From Candidatus Blackburnbacteria bacterium RIFCSPHIGHO2_12_FULL_44_25 (GTDB lineage: Bacteria; Patescibacteriota; Microgenomatia; UBA8517; UBA10165): a stretch of 64,000 nt of DNA. Under the pieces are notes generated by a model, which saw only the letters and a program-made list of their open reading frames with translations, did not search any database and was not told the origin of the DNA. A program made the position numbers and the translations under genes. The stretch covers positions 7,965-71,964 of the forward strand of contig MHCB01000038.1 of NCBI GenBank assembly GCA_001816455.1, in the 5' to 3' direction. Shown in pieces: positions 47,101 through 54,260 of the stretch; the stretch's first letter is position 1, and every line of letters starts with the position of its first letter.

Positions 47101-48769
47101 ACGAAAGTTTCTTTTAATGCCCAATCCCCCTGTTTCCGATCAGGCACCAAGACCAGGATTAGGAAAGATCGTAGCGGATATTAGAAATAATTCTCCCGTC
47201 TTTGAGGAGCAGTGGAAGACGGATAGTTTTTTAAGATCGTTGGATGACATAGAGAAAGATCCCTTTAAGATACTTGCGCCCCCAGGAAGTTCTGATAGAG
47301 AAACTGCTGTATATAGGCTAATTGGTGATGCGGTTCGGAAGGATCCCGTTGCTCAGAAGGAGGTTCAAGAGGCGGTAAATTCTTATTATTCAAGCTATGT
47401 TGATATTTTGAAGAGAGTTGAAGCTCAGACTGAGATTCCGAACACTCCCGGAGAATATATGCTGTCTGCTGCTAATTCGTTTTCTGCGCGAGTTCAGGGA
47501 GTTGGACAGTTGATTACAGGTGGATTTAGCGCTTTGAATCCGTTCAAGAAAGCCGGAGTTAGTGTTGATCTAAAGCCAGTTCCTGTTCGGTCAATTGGGG
47601 GTTCAGAGGGAATTTCTGCTGGCAGACAGGGTGTCACGGAAGGTTTGGTGCAGGTGGTAGATGTAGGTAGTTCGCAGACGGTTTTGGGAGTGGGCACGGA
47701 AAATGTACAAGCAAAGGCGTTGTTTACTGGAGTTGATACGACTCTTCCGGTATCAAGCTATACACTGTCGCAGGCTATAAGCGAGGTGCCAGAAGACGGA
47801 GGCGTTCTAAGCGAGGAAACACTTGCAAAAAGCCTTGCGTCGAGTGTTTTGGAGCCCGAAGGATATAGAATTGGTAATAACTATGTTTTGGCAACAGGAG
47901 AAGATGGGAATGTGGTTGCGAAGATTCCTTCGGGGAGATATTCATTGCAGGCAAGGCCAGTTGATACTGTTCTTTTAACAGGGATGCCTGGGGAGTTTTA
48001 CCTTGGGCCCGGTTTGGGGGCAAAGGTATTTGTTGGGGTGTATGCCGCCGACCCGCCTGTTGGCGAGGCAGGTGGAGAGAAGGTTGTCGGTCGGGCCCAG
48101 GTGATTCCAACAAACGATGGCGAACTTACCGTTCAGTTGTACGACGACACAAACGGAAACGGCCTACGCGAAGCCGGAGAAAACACAATTAAATGGGCTG
48201 GGGTTGTTTTCACTGCTGCCCAAGAAGAAACTATCGGCGAAGTCTCGCTTCTTAACGGTTGGAATTTGGTAGGATTCTCAAATACTCCCCGAACGGTTAA
48301 AACCGCTTCCGGTTTGGTGCGTGAAGTTGTAAGGCAAGGAGGAGATGTTACTGCCATTTCAAGGTTGGTTGATGATCGTTGGGAGACGTATGTTCAACGG
48401 GGAAGCGAAACGTTTGGCAACGACTTTCCGTTGGAAGCAGGCAAAGGATATTTTGTTCGTTCGAGAGTCGCCTCAACAATTCTTCTTGGAGGAGAGCCGG
48501 TTACTAATACAAGGATAAAGCTTTCGCGCGGATGGAATGTTGTTTCTACGTCCGGGGCGGCAGAACCTATCACTGTTTCTGCATTCATTGATAAGATGGT
48601 TATGGCAAGAAGGACATCTGAGCCCGATGTTGTCTCTCGTTGGGAATCAGGGTTGTGGGATTCGTTTGTCAAAAAAGCTGGAGAGGATTATGGAAACGAC
48701 TTCCCCATTGCTCCATTTCGTGGTTACATCATAAAAGCCAAAGACGATGTTGAGTTTGAGTTTCAATAG
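38108..48769 (+). CDS. giant secreted multidomain protein (3553 aa) with a J-domain, a PP2C-like phosphatase core, an HExxH motif, Cys-rich modules, a coiled coil and Ca-binding C-terminal repeats
   Basis: Single uninterrupted ORF. Good RBS (AAGGAGGG). Signal peptide MRVFLKKAGVIFLVFVNFISPLYPVVWITPVRAS. P/E/Q-rich linker. Three GCCxD…C…NGAC modules. A/E/R/Q-rich coiled coil. J-domain DYYKILGVS…KKWHPDV…LTD. PP2C motifs TTLVGGTVVNGKLLAVSYGDSYIYILRDG / GDRVIFASDGF / GDDVTIG. DHERVHG motif. DDTNGNG SdrD-B-like repeats. Confidence 0.8.
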   Translation: MRVFLKKAGVIFLVFVNFISPLYPVVWITPVRASQEQSSLLAYSDDDGDGVPDEVSEEQPPEEAPVEEPQPSEDAPQPDVPQEEAPPQEAPPQESPPQEENEPVQDQPSDSPPSPPEAAPPPQEVVSAPSIPEQPSGSGTGGYFTPGDGSSPSAPTPTFCPSVGKYEGDEYQECYGPGTSRHVRISGCSWQIVQEVVSNPACPGAGTPESTQFQDTQEQNNTEENYCSGLGRYKGSTWSVCSGNPGEATAWQASAACEAVSVGSAGEPNCAGSVGSLPQDGVGSLPLPGESTQVLNPSPSISACGIEMSFQRCVLGTTTLISGVMLSTVDLETQKCTTTEQIQSTSENSTSCGYSDVSQDKIPPGSGGCCNVDDDCVAQGFEGQECLVSNGACSGAGKSCATPQAEVAAKIKSGVDGCCSDGSQCGSGEECYVGNGACRSGLSCGAERTNSGSGGCCSDFSDCASQGLKFNGCFSSFDAGLCKSGQSCRPISCSGAQFCSGGTACYDQGQCANYQAELARQRAQAALASARSQCYSSLEPGCVAILAGGDQIVIEDAGQAQSLCNTNTVTGYSCGGATAAASSANSSGLRSTSGLAVGDRVIVDGVETTITEVDGSLVKVANNPYWFGEFYAKSVSEKPAQNQSFGQIIILPDGQQAAVKSVKANGDLVLWDGKEISSSSNTAKPIVPKEAATVNTSLSCNDFFEQEYTAPTVADGETVSVSGSKYQCSLGGWTKIGNADDGTFFPDAINPGVKQLAIQVGANVHLGQDDRRAPTFLDVLPVLPGMSKAETDYEKVLRVLNELGIPPEFDPNNPISARVWTEEKKIEFAKRVGQETDRSPLATVMRSLENTPLGFVVNLVSDVNIGELSDHISGAGAILQFAQGESRDAHFSEADAIADNKYTDEEFAVLAQAMQEKGVIANTSELPNKGDLALYDRVVKEFLAKQAFGSYGLQVVGPDQVAVLRRQLETDPAKLEELKNFANFTGIVSAEESDKLTPGFMATGRVGTEKIQSYQKGTYQSAAGQAFLEEAGEAAQGVAQDLAFVAGANVAIAIAAEAGAGRIVGWGVGRVAGTEVGQAVAKFATHSILKIPSEEVLSDVTREGLDVAKREYLEAQRARVLAFGDEAVSGSESFLQKNADEARRKLEEAYRGAFGDDADKVLESAVSKLDIMAGADVSQIVREQGEEYAQKFAGQTSVSDAVVNPSVVADNAFSPADQVVAASSRQGRVVLESIPDGAAGVVDDIPTNYPGVVAEVAEVTDSIDARGGGGFVQDAQDAVGGFFGRFRRSELDPLEAVEDRIAAEAVGDVSARTVDVSPATSRFTKMTPKSIDDAVEMTEDARRFKARLDDLARRIDGVTDNTVRRQLEEEVDQTRGTLIVIRKKADEAIEEIQSFRQDDEVVSRIKAEMEQTRVIASNVGGGNVFDTLKTRFEELPLPSFLRGGSESQLAPYKFEFTPEERLRIEAAKQDLKVKREEALARSRAQVEAIKKEQIDAEARVAAETVEAQQRRQAAQLAQDEAERARLIAESEASAQRAKAAEAEARAKARTANEEQARQASREQDVAARDEEIIEAQIIAERQVADARAKEETRQQATEFLSRQRELEERANRAKSAADEAERKLRQVDNAIAARQTEIDVTIAQAFALRDQYQIVKDLESDLLDSIPEQAHKILVSADYYKILGVSPSATTDEINRAYRSLSKKWHPDVSSQDLEAATLAFKKLTYAKDVLTDTIPIQGATGVYVRRNYYDAASHDAIRQQILAKDPSNFSDAVAYINRQQAKMSEAARAVEQANQRAQQAVRAAEPLNSRIEELQRAREQYLQSAEQHTRTVQAAEQDLQTAAREVMQGQPLTPTQVAYRELNDAGQEYTEKLAEVRTLREERKVAASGGVAGLDFADATSRLDAAEVELKQAAERVKAAQLAYQDSVQSPVERAGGAISDFFDQVTSFFGRGRSASQVADATEVVADVGRVAGPSLRFVQPTAQQVVPASPGLKVGSGVNVSSSGQDAFATGISSAAVADGVSTGGTPSQVVELAQLAANALVERLDAAASRFTDPVLAKQYLENSVTEFAQFVVRQNFELGAARGLYGPEALKQASTTLVGGTVVNGKLLAVSYGDSYIYILRDGKLIKVNEQVKEYLGYNEPNLVSVIIHDLQIGDRVIFASDGFVSFISDNARGKIVKAAGSTNDPQVFALRAQEILRDYYREKGVGDDVTIGSLFYGDLDVKPGLLDGLFDRVPAARSFYISKTDVQASTLSIHARNSAGDIVETRLSVEEVIHRGASSLGDKFTDGAKKQVLLELRGKGVPQSTLDEISRELKRIKKPEDVRSKLVKFTGIPVLGEPTAVSGGVFKSLGLTFPWSEKKFVVEKLEGDQGFAGIRVTARDANGVERKIIIDPSNVDGSYQYPANGFDYKLDELRELGVDERTIQQIDKQLERMAKKSVFDKTPVGQVGGSPFAPANDVAQQTDDVCKVLGASTDSVLGTSTTGGCQKPSLFDLLNPFNKIQPASKIDDVVTVVTSPEETKAIASRLIKTEESTVKMGDFSLSTIKGDDPTNDGLIFYLKPGQNLPKNVVITDKSGNVVDLGKRDTPLLFSDVRKIEIDGTDYSLAHDIWQNPMLFEIRGSSKDAKFDEVIGDITEIWDTAIKSPRRMDAVLAKNFTGEEISAMKKITDFYAQDPNIGGLTAPYDLDTVVELPDDKLAEYLNRTLPFRQVRESDISVFTGLISALKEGRAFTEKEADMFSALEFRHVVATRNVYRGLDEVYITEFNRQFALANMAEAVLSTRLVSKKPFKEHAKHYGDFVELMQSRGVEVPEWVTPFNSDDFRYGIKTDGTKANAAGQYFVSRLEDFDSMAQVLDHERVHGLSKVAYNRNVEFKIRNKLDVEYDRGFASDEGYTDALAYLIKSGGDVDKAIAENAKSTSSYRLASDEILRVAKEVGAASGDEMLGVELLFRGITDRANSSVNRSLVPIQRYYDEKVADSGAKFEERMARFSDKRKFLLMPNPPVSDQAPRPGLGKIVADIRNNSPVFEEQWKTDSFLRSLDDIEKDPFKILAPPGSSDRETAVYRLIGDAVRKDPVAQKEVQEAVNSYYSSYVDILKRVEAQTEIPNTPGEYMLSAANSFSARVQGVGQLITGGFSALNPFKKAGVSVDLKPVPVRSIGGSEGISAGRQGVTEGLVQVVDVGSSQTVLGVGTENVQAKALFTGVDTTLPVSSYTLSQAISEVPEDGGVLSEETLAKSLASSVLEPEGYRIGNNYVLATGEDGNVVAKIPSGRYSLQARPVDTVLLTGMPGEFYLGPGLGAKVFVGVYAADPPVGEAGGEKVVGRAQVIPTNDGELTVQLYDDTNGNGLREAGENTIKWAGVVFTAAQEETIGEVSLLNGWNLVGFSNTPRTVKTASGLVREVVRQGGDVTAISRLVDDRWETYVQRGSETFGNDFPLEAGKGYFVRSRVASTILLGGEPVTNTRIKLSRGWNVVSTSGAAEPITVSAFIDKMVMARRTSEPDVVSRWESGLWDSFVKKAGEDYGNDFPIAPFRGYIIKAKDDVEFEFQ

Positions 48770-48778
48770 AAAACTGCC

Positions 48779-49984
48779 ATGAACAAGAGAAAAGTAATTA
48801 CGATATTGTCAACTGTTTTGTTGCTAGTTGCTTTGCCTGTTAGCGTTTTTCTGGTTGGTAAACAACAAAATCTCTTCTTGAAAGCTTCGCCGGAGGAAGT
48901 TCCTAAAGAAATTAAGATAGCAAATATCTCAGACAACTCTTTTTCTGTTTCCTGGATTACGGGAAAGTCTGTAATCGGTTTTCTTGTATACGGGAAATCT
49001 GAGGGGTTGGGGTTTACTGCTTCTGACGATCGAGATACGGCGTCGAAAGTTTCGCGGACAACGCACCACATTACTGTTAAAAATTTGGAACCTGGAACCC
49101 GCTACTTTTTTAAGATGGGATCCGGAGGCAGTGCATATGACAATAGTGGAACTTCGTATGTTGTCACAACTGCTCCGACAACAAATGATCCTCCTCCTCT
49201 TGCGGACCCAGCGTATGGTAAGGTTTTGGGGGCAACGGGGGGGTCTTTGGCTGATGCTTTGGTGTATTTGACTTTAGAGGGAGGAACTCCTCTTTCTACT
49301 TACACGCGGGAGGCTGGAAATTGGCTTATTACTTTGAATAACGCAAGAACTGCTGATTTGTCCCGGTTTATTAAATACTCTGGGACTGGTGTGCGTATGT
49401 CTATATATGTTCAAGCAGCAGACAAAGGGATTGCCCAGGCTTCTGCTGATACGCAAAACGATAGTCCTGTTCCTAATATAAAGATAGGTCAAAATCTTGC
49501 TTTTGCTGCGGTTGGGGTGACACCGACTGTACTTCCTACTCCAACAGGCTCTCTGAAAGCCTCTGAGTTTAGCTTGCAAGAGGTGGAACCTGCAACTAAA
49601 TCTGCTGTTGCCCTGGAGGTCCTTGCTCCCAATAAGGATGAAAAGTTGCCCTCTACCAGGCCTACGTTTTCCGGAACTGGAAAACCCGGAGAGGTTATTA
49701 CGATTACTATTCACAGCGCGCAAGTTATTACTGCCCAAGTGACTGCTGGTTCGGATGGTCAGTGGAGCTACACTCCCAACCAGGACCTGTCACCCGGGCA
49801 GCATAGTGTGACTATTGCGCAAGGGGGCAGTTCTGACAGCCAGCAGTTCGTCGTTTTAGGTGCGAAGACGACCACGGCTTCTGCGTCTTCTTTGCCTGTT
49901 AGCGGTGCGGTTAGTAATTTATTGTACTTTGTACTAGTTGGTGTGTTCTTGCTTGTTGGGGGAATAGTTTTTGCTTTGGTGTAG
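48779..49984 (+). CDS. FN3-like domain surface protein with a C-terminal LPxSG-like sorting signal and TM
   Basis: N-terminal signal/TM, an FN3-like domain homologous to the one in 37317-38111, and a C-terminal …SSLPVSGAVSNLLYFVLVGVFLLVGGIVFALV. Confidence 0.6.
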   Translation: MNKRKVITILSTVLLLVALPVSVFLVGKQQNLFLKASPEEVPKEIKIANISDNSFSVSWITGKSVIGFLVYGKSEGLGFTASDDRDTASKVSRTTHHITVKNLEPGTRYFFKMGSGGSAYDNSGTSYVVTTAPTTNDPPPLADPAYGKVLGATGGSLADALVYLTLEGGTPLSTYTREAGNWLITLNNARTADLSRFIKYSGTGVRMSIYVQAADKGIAQASADTQNDSPVPNIKIGQNLAFAAVGVTPTVLPTPTGSLKASEFSLQEVEPATKSAVALEVLAPNKDEKLPSTRPTFSGTGKPGEVITITIHSAQVITAQVTAGSDGQWSYTPNQDLSPGQHSVTIAQGGSSDSQQFVVLGAKTTTASASSLPVSGAVSNLLYFVLVGVFLLVGGIVFALV

Positions 49985-49986
49985 TG

Positions 49987-50058
49987 CGCTCCCACCAGGA
50001 ATCGAACCTGGAATTACTCCTTAGAAGGGAGTTGGTATATCCGTTTACCTATGGGAGC
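49987..50058 (-). tRNA. tRNA-Arg(TCT)
   Basis: GCTCCCA-TA-GGTA-AACGGATA-TACC-A-ACTCC-CTTCTAA-GGAGT-AATT-CCAGGTTCGATTCCTGG-TGGGAGC-G. No CCA. Confidence 0.75.
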
Positions 50059-50099
50059 CTGGGGTTGATTATACCGTATAAATCGATTGTTTTGAAGGA

Positions 50100-50468
50100 T
50101 TAGGAGGCTAGGCTGCTGTTTTCTACTATTTCATCTCCGAGGGCTTTAACGCTTTCTTGAACATGGTGAACGTCTACAAATAGAGCACTAAGCTGGCCCG
50201 TATGTTTTTCAAGTATACTGGTGTGTTTTGTGAGTATACCCGTGTGTTTTGTGAGAAGTGAAGTGTGGCTTTTGAGTGTCTTTGTGTGCTGATCTAATTT
50301 GTCGTTCATTACTGATTGTTGTTCGCGTACAAACCGAATGCTCGTGGATGTTGAGTTTGCAGTCAGTTCAATCCAGTCCAACTTCTTTTTCATAAGCTCG
50401 ACTAATTCTTTGATTGATTTTAGTGTTGTGGCGGTTTTGTCAGTTATTTTATTGATCTTTGTTGCCAT
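50100..50468 (-). CDS. hypothetical protein with short tandem LTKHT/LEKHT repeats
   Basis: 122 aa; DNA-level tandem repeats at about 50200-50280. Confidence 0.4.
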   Translation of the reverse strand: MATKINKITDKTATTLKSIKELVELMKKKLDWIELTANSTSTSIRFVREQQSVMNDKLDQHTKTLKSHTSLLTKHTGILTKHTSILEKHTGQLSALFVDVHHVQESVKALGDEIVENSSLAS

Positions 50469-50530
50469 AAGTCATCTTACACGAGCCCCTTTGGTTTGCA
50501 AGAATACGTTTTATATCAAAACTGGGCAGA

Positions 50531-52012
50531 TTATTTTACAAAACCAAACATGGGGTCTGTGAGGTTGGGGTTTTCTCCCGAGCAATTTTTTTCCATCTCT
50601 TCCCTACCCTCTACTTTTCCCGGAGGAATGACTTTTATTTGTCCGAATTGGCGTGTGTTTTCCCCGTCTGCTAGTTCATTTGGTAGAACTATTGAATAGA
50701 CTGGGCCGCCGTCTTTTGGTTGATTGACGTGCAGTTTGTTTAACCAAAAGAAATATCGGAAACCTACATTTTCTCCTGGGGAAGTTATATAAGAAACTGC
50801 GACACAGGGATAACCTTTTTCTCTTGAGTCGCGCGTAATATATTCTGCCAGAGACTTCCTTTCGTTATATCCTTTTTGGTAAACCTTTTCGTTTAGATGG
50901 AAGTTGAGATTTTTGATGAGGACAAGAGACAGAATACTTAATACTAAAAACTTTCCAATACTGCTTCCTTTGTAGAGTAGGTAGAGTAAGAGAGTTGCAA
51001 AGGTGATAAAAACTATTTCTATACTTGCAAAGTAATACTCGGAAAGTTCGCTTGAGGAGAAAGCGAAAAATAGGATTACACCGAGTGTCCACGTATACAT
51101 AAGAGCAAGCTCTTTTCCTTTTAGGAGCTTTGTCTTTACAAGAAGTATTCCGGAGGCAAAAATTGCTAGAACTAAGAGTTTGTTGTTTCCTGGAACGCTT
51201 TGAGGGTAAAAGAATAAACGGGTGATGTTGTGGGTTATCTTAAGGAAAACATGGTTTAGTTTTCCCAAACCTCCGGGCTCTGCGTTGTGTGCGCTGGTAA
51301 AGTTTTGGATAAGACTTTGGGATTGGGAGAAACCATGTCTTACTTCGAACATAAAAAGTGGTAAAGAGGAGATGGCGAGAGTCGTAATGAAGAGTAGAAT
51401 ATCTTTTTTGGGTGGAAGTTTCTTGGCAAAAAGTAGCGCTGTAGGAATTGCAATTAGTGCTGGGAGAAGAGCGATATGAATGTGCCAAATGAGACCAATT
51501 AGGAGTCCCAGAATCCACAGCACATTGAACTTCCCGCGAGACACCATAACTACACAATAGAAATACCAGATAAGCCAAAGGTTTGTTGGTGTTGAGGGGA
51601 CGATTCTTTGATCAAAATAAACAGAAGCCAGGAGTACTGCTTGTAGAAAAGCGCCGATAAACCCTGTCGTTTTGTTGAACAGTTTTGAGAAAACAAAATA
51701 ATAACTGGCAATGGTGATCATTCCGATTAGTATTACGGGAATTACTGCCCCGATTGGATCCATGTTAAACAATAGAAAGAACGGTATTAGGCTGTAGTAG
51801 AAAAGTGGGCCGATAAAAATGCCGGGGGCCGTTGTGAGTTGCCCGATGAGACGCAGGTGTTTATCAACAACAATGTCTTTTACGATCCAAGAGAAGAGGT
51901 CGCCGTCGTGGGCAAATTCGTATCTATCAACAATGTCGTATGTTCGGAGAAAGAGACCAATTGCAAGGATTACGACTAGGACCCAATGTTTTTTAAGGAA
52001 GGAAAAAATCAT
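50531..52012 (-). CDS. GT-C fold membrane glycosyltransferase (ArnT/PMT, GT39/GT83-like)
   Basis: 493 aa, about 11 predicted TMs, with an N-terminal DxD-like loop (…FAHDGDLFSW…). Confidence 0.6.
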   Translation of the reverse strand: MIFSFLKKHWVLVVILAIGLFLRTYDIVDRYEFAHDGDLFSWIVKDIVVDKHLRLIGQLTTAPGIFIGPLFYYSLIPFFLLFNMDPIGAVIPVILIGMITIASYYFVFSKLFNKTTGFIGAFLQAVLLASVYFDQRIVPSTPTNLWLIWYFYCVVMVSRGKFNVLWILGLLIGLIWHIHIALLPALIAIPTALLFAKKLPPKKDILLFITTLAISSLPLFMFEVRHGFSQSQSLIQNFTSAHNAEPGGLGKLNHVFLKITHNITRLFFYPQSVPGNNKLLVLAIFASGILLVKTKLLKGKELALMYTWTLGVILFFAFSSSELSEYYFASIEIVFITFATLLLYLLYKGSSIGKFLVLSILSLVLIKNLNFHLNEKVYQKGYNERKSLAEYITRDSREKGYPCVAVSYITSPGENVGFRYFFWLNKLHVNQPKDGGPVYSIVLPNELADGENTRQFGQIKVIPPGKVEGREEMEKNCSGENPNLTDPMFGFVK

Positions 52013-52221
52013 TTAGTGTGGAATTTAATAAATAAAAGATCTATTAGGAGAAGAGAAACAATGAGTGCATATTGGGCCCAGCGATAGGCTTTTTCTGGTT
52101 TCATTTTGAAAACTCCACGAGTTTCGTCGTGGCCGTATTTGTCTAAACTGTGGTGTACATCCATATGCCAAAGTGCACCCATAAATAGTATGTTTAGAGT
52201 AAAGAGAAGAAAGAGTTCCAC
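52009..52221 (-). CDS. small membrane protein
   Basis: 70 aa, two TMs. Start overlaps the upstream gene by ATGA. Confidence 0.4.
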   Translation of the reverse strand: MELFLLFTLNILFMGALWHMDVHHSLDKYGHDETRGVFKMKPEKAYRWAQYALIVSLLLIDLLFIKFHTK

Positions 52222-52253
52222 TTGCTAAGTATAGATTATTTTTTTAGTAGAAG

Positions 52254-52484
52254 TTAAGCGTGTTGGCTTTGTGGATGGATTTTTTCAAGACCGGTAATCC
52301 TGTCTTCATGGCCTTTTGTCTGGTGAGCGACAACGGTTAACTCTTGCTCGATCTTTTGGAGTCGTCCGACTACCTCATCCATTTTGGTAAAGAATTCATC
52401 TTTCGTTGGGAGATGTTTTATTTCTTCTCTTACGACCTCTTTTACAAGTTGTTCTACTTCATTGAAATCCGCTTGAGTCAGCAT
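52254..52484 (-). CDS. hypothetical small protein
   Basis: About 77 aa from MLTQADFNEV… The longer ORF-track version overlaps the SemiSWEET gene. Confidence 0.3.
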   Translation of the reverse strand: MLTQADFNEVEQLVKEVVREEIKHLPTKDEFFTKMDEVVGRLQKIEQELTVVAHQTKGHEDRITGLEKIHPQSQHA

Positions 52485-52522
52485 GTATTCATTGGAACAT
52501 TTGATTGTAAGGAAATCAACGG

Positions 52523-52840
52523 CTAATAAATCATTGCTCCTATTGCAATTGATGAGTTTATAAAGAGCCAGATGGCGCTTGAAAAGAATATAACGCGGTC
52601 TTTGTGAACTACTCCGTAGGCAATCCAAACTATGTTAAGAACTGCGTATGTTGTCCAGGAGATTGTAGATACTCCGCCTGCCTGTTTTTCGATCCAGATT
52701 GTATAGATTTGTGGCAGAGTCATTATGGGGCCAATGGCTGCAGCCATGTATACGACTCTATCCAGGATTCGATAACCTCTTTTGGGGTTTGGAGTTTCTC
52801 CCGCTCTTTTTCGTTTTTGGAGGTGGTGAAGTCCGAGCAT
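52523..52840 (-). CDS. SemiSWEET (PQ-loop) sugar transporter
   Basis: Three TMs with a PQ motif in TM1 (…GPIMTLPQIYTIW…); about 105 aa. Confidence 0.6.
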   Translation of the reverse strand: MLGLHHLQKRKRAGETPNPKRGYRILDRVVYMAAAIGPIMTLPQIYTIWIEKQAGGVSTISWTTYAVLNIVWIAYGVVHKDRVIFFSSAIWLFINSSIAIGAMIY

Positions 52841-52940
52841 TAATCATTAGTATATTACAGAGAATGTGGAATGACTATTCTCTGGGGTTGTGTTATATTT
52901 CGGATGTTCGGAGCGAACGCACAAAATCTAAGTCTGGAAG

Positions 52941-53534
52941 TTGGTTGTGAAAGACAGCGATGTAAGGTTTGTGTTTGTTGGGTTGCCACAAGATGCGAGG
53001 AAGTTGGCCAGACTTGTGGAGGTAATACCGGACGGTTGGTCAGGTCTTACTGGTCGTTTGGATATTATTCCGGAGATGGCGTTGGTTGCTGTGCCGGGTG
53101 TTGGATACCGGTTCAAGGGTATTTCCGGACTTGAGTGCGATGTGGTGGGTGCTCGAGAAGGTGGCTACCGAGTCGAGCCCGATTACATGAGGCTTGTTTC
53201 GGGGAGGGATCCCGTCTCGTTTGTCGAGTTCTATCTTCATAACCCGTATGCGGCGTGTAGGGTTGTGGATCGGGCGCGTGCTGTTGCCGCCGCAGTAGTA
53301 GAGTCCGGCTATCGTGGCGAGCTGTCTTTTCGTCTGGATGATAACAGGCAGAACACAAAGGCCGTGGTTCACTTTTTCTTGAACCCGCCTGAAGGCCGAG
53401 TCCCCCATATCATTGTTCGGTTGATCGACCGAAGCGTTGACGGTCTGTTACCGGAAGATGAGGAGTGCATCATGCCATTTGTCGATGCCTGCCGAGCGCA
53501 AGGTTTGCAGGAGCAGGTACTCGTTCCTGCTTGA
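52941..53534 (+). CDS. hypothetical protein (GC-rich patch)
   Basis: 197-aa ORF in a roughly 60% GC segment bounded by the hairpin at 53553-53592. Confidence 0.35.
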   Translation: MVVKDSDVRFVFVGLPQDARKLARLVEVIPDGWSGLTGRLDIIPEMALVAVPGVGYRFKGISGLECDVVGAREGGYRVEPDYMRLVSGRDPVSFVEFYLHNPYAACRVVDRARAVAAAVVESGYRGELSFRLDDNRQNTKAVVHFFLNPPEGRVPHIIVRLIDRSVDGLLPEDEECIMPFVDACRAQGLQEQVLVPA

Positions 53535-53552
53535 TCGCGCATTTCCTGCCAT

Positions 53553-53592
53553 GGGTGGCTTTTTTTAAGACTTTGTCTTGAGAAAGCCACCC
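53553..53592. terminator. bidirectional hairpin GGGTGGCTTT…AAAGCCACCC
   Basis: 10-bp stem with a T7 run on the + strand. It lies between convergent genes. Confidence 0.5.
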
Positions 53593-53611
53593 GAGCATTT
53601 AAATTAAGACA

Positions 53612-53815
53612 TTATTTCCTGTCGATTCGAAATGAATATACGCCTTTTGACTTAGGTTCTAGAAGTTCTGTGTGAAGAGACGGGTGACGAGGATTTTTCT
53701 GGAAGATTTTAATTTGCTTATTAAATTTTTTGATTAGTCCACGACGCTTAATAAAAAGCTTATGCTTATCGCTTAAGGGTTTTATTGGCATATGTGGATG
53801 ATTCTGAAAGTCCAC
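53612..53815 (-). CDS. RelE/ParE-family type II toxin
   Basis: …IKIFQKNPRHPSLHTELLEPKSKGVYSFRID… is typical of RelE/StbE; 67 aa. Confidence 0.7.
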   Translation of the reverse strand: MDFQNHPHMPIKPLSDKHKLFIKRRGLIKKFNKQIKIFQKNPRHPSLHTELLEPKSKGVYSFRIDRK

Positions 53816-54056
53816 TAATCAAACTATCTATAAACTTTTTATTATATTTTCCAGTTCTTTCAAATGCAGTCCTTATTTCACTTAAAGGCTCTGCTTGAAA
53901 CTCATGGAACACCAATCCTTCGTTGGCTTTTCCTGTGAAATATCTTCTTAGTAAGCTTCTGATGAATTCTGAGCGGGTAGCAAAGCCCTGCTTCTTTGCT
54001 TCTGAATCTACTCTCTTGGCTATTTGGCTGGGTAAGGAAATGGTGATTGTGCTCAT
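53766..54056 (-). CDS. ribbon-helix-helix antitoxin (RelB/ParD/CopG-like)
   Basis: N-terminal RHH (TISLPSQIAKRVDSEAKKQGFATRSEFIRSLLRRY). It is upstream of and overlaps the RelE toxin. Confidence 0.6.
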   Translation of the reverse strand: MSTITISLPSQIAKRVDSEAKKQGFATRSEFIRSLLRRYFTGKANEGLVFHEFQAEPLSEIRTAFERTGKYNKKFIDSLISGLSESSTYANKTLKR

Positions 54057-54260
54057 CCTACTTAATATTTAACAATGTTTCTTAATTTTTGTCAAGGCTA
54101 TTGATTAAAGTTTGTGACTTCTTGAACTTTGTTCTCAAGAGTATTGAATACTCTTTTTAAATCAGATCCTTTTGCTTGTACTGTTTTTGTTGGGAGAACA
54201 ACTTATATTCGACTTGGTTGGTGTCAAGAAGACTGATTAGTTTCTAGTATAAGCCGCAAG

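Noticed and set aside
38190-48357. Numerous 60-170-aa ORFs on both strands inside the giant gene and inside GC-rich blocks (for example 4141-4467, 4519-4977, 42460-42975, 26007-26231)
   Set aside because: They are embedded in, or antisense to, much longer high-confidence ORFs. Stop-poor GC-rich or low-complexity sequence generates such ORFs by chance.
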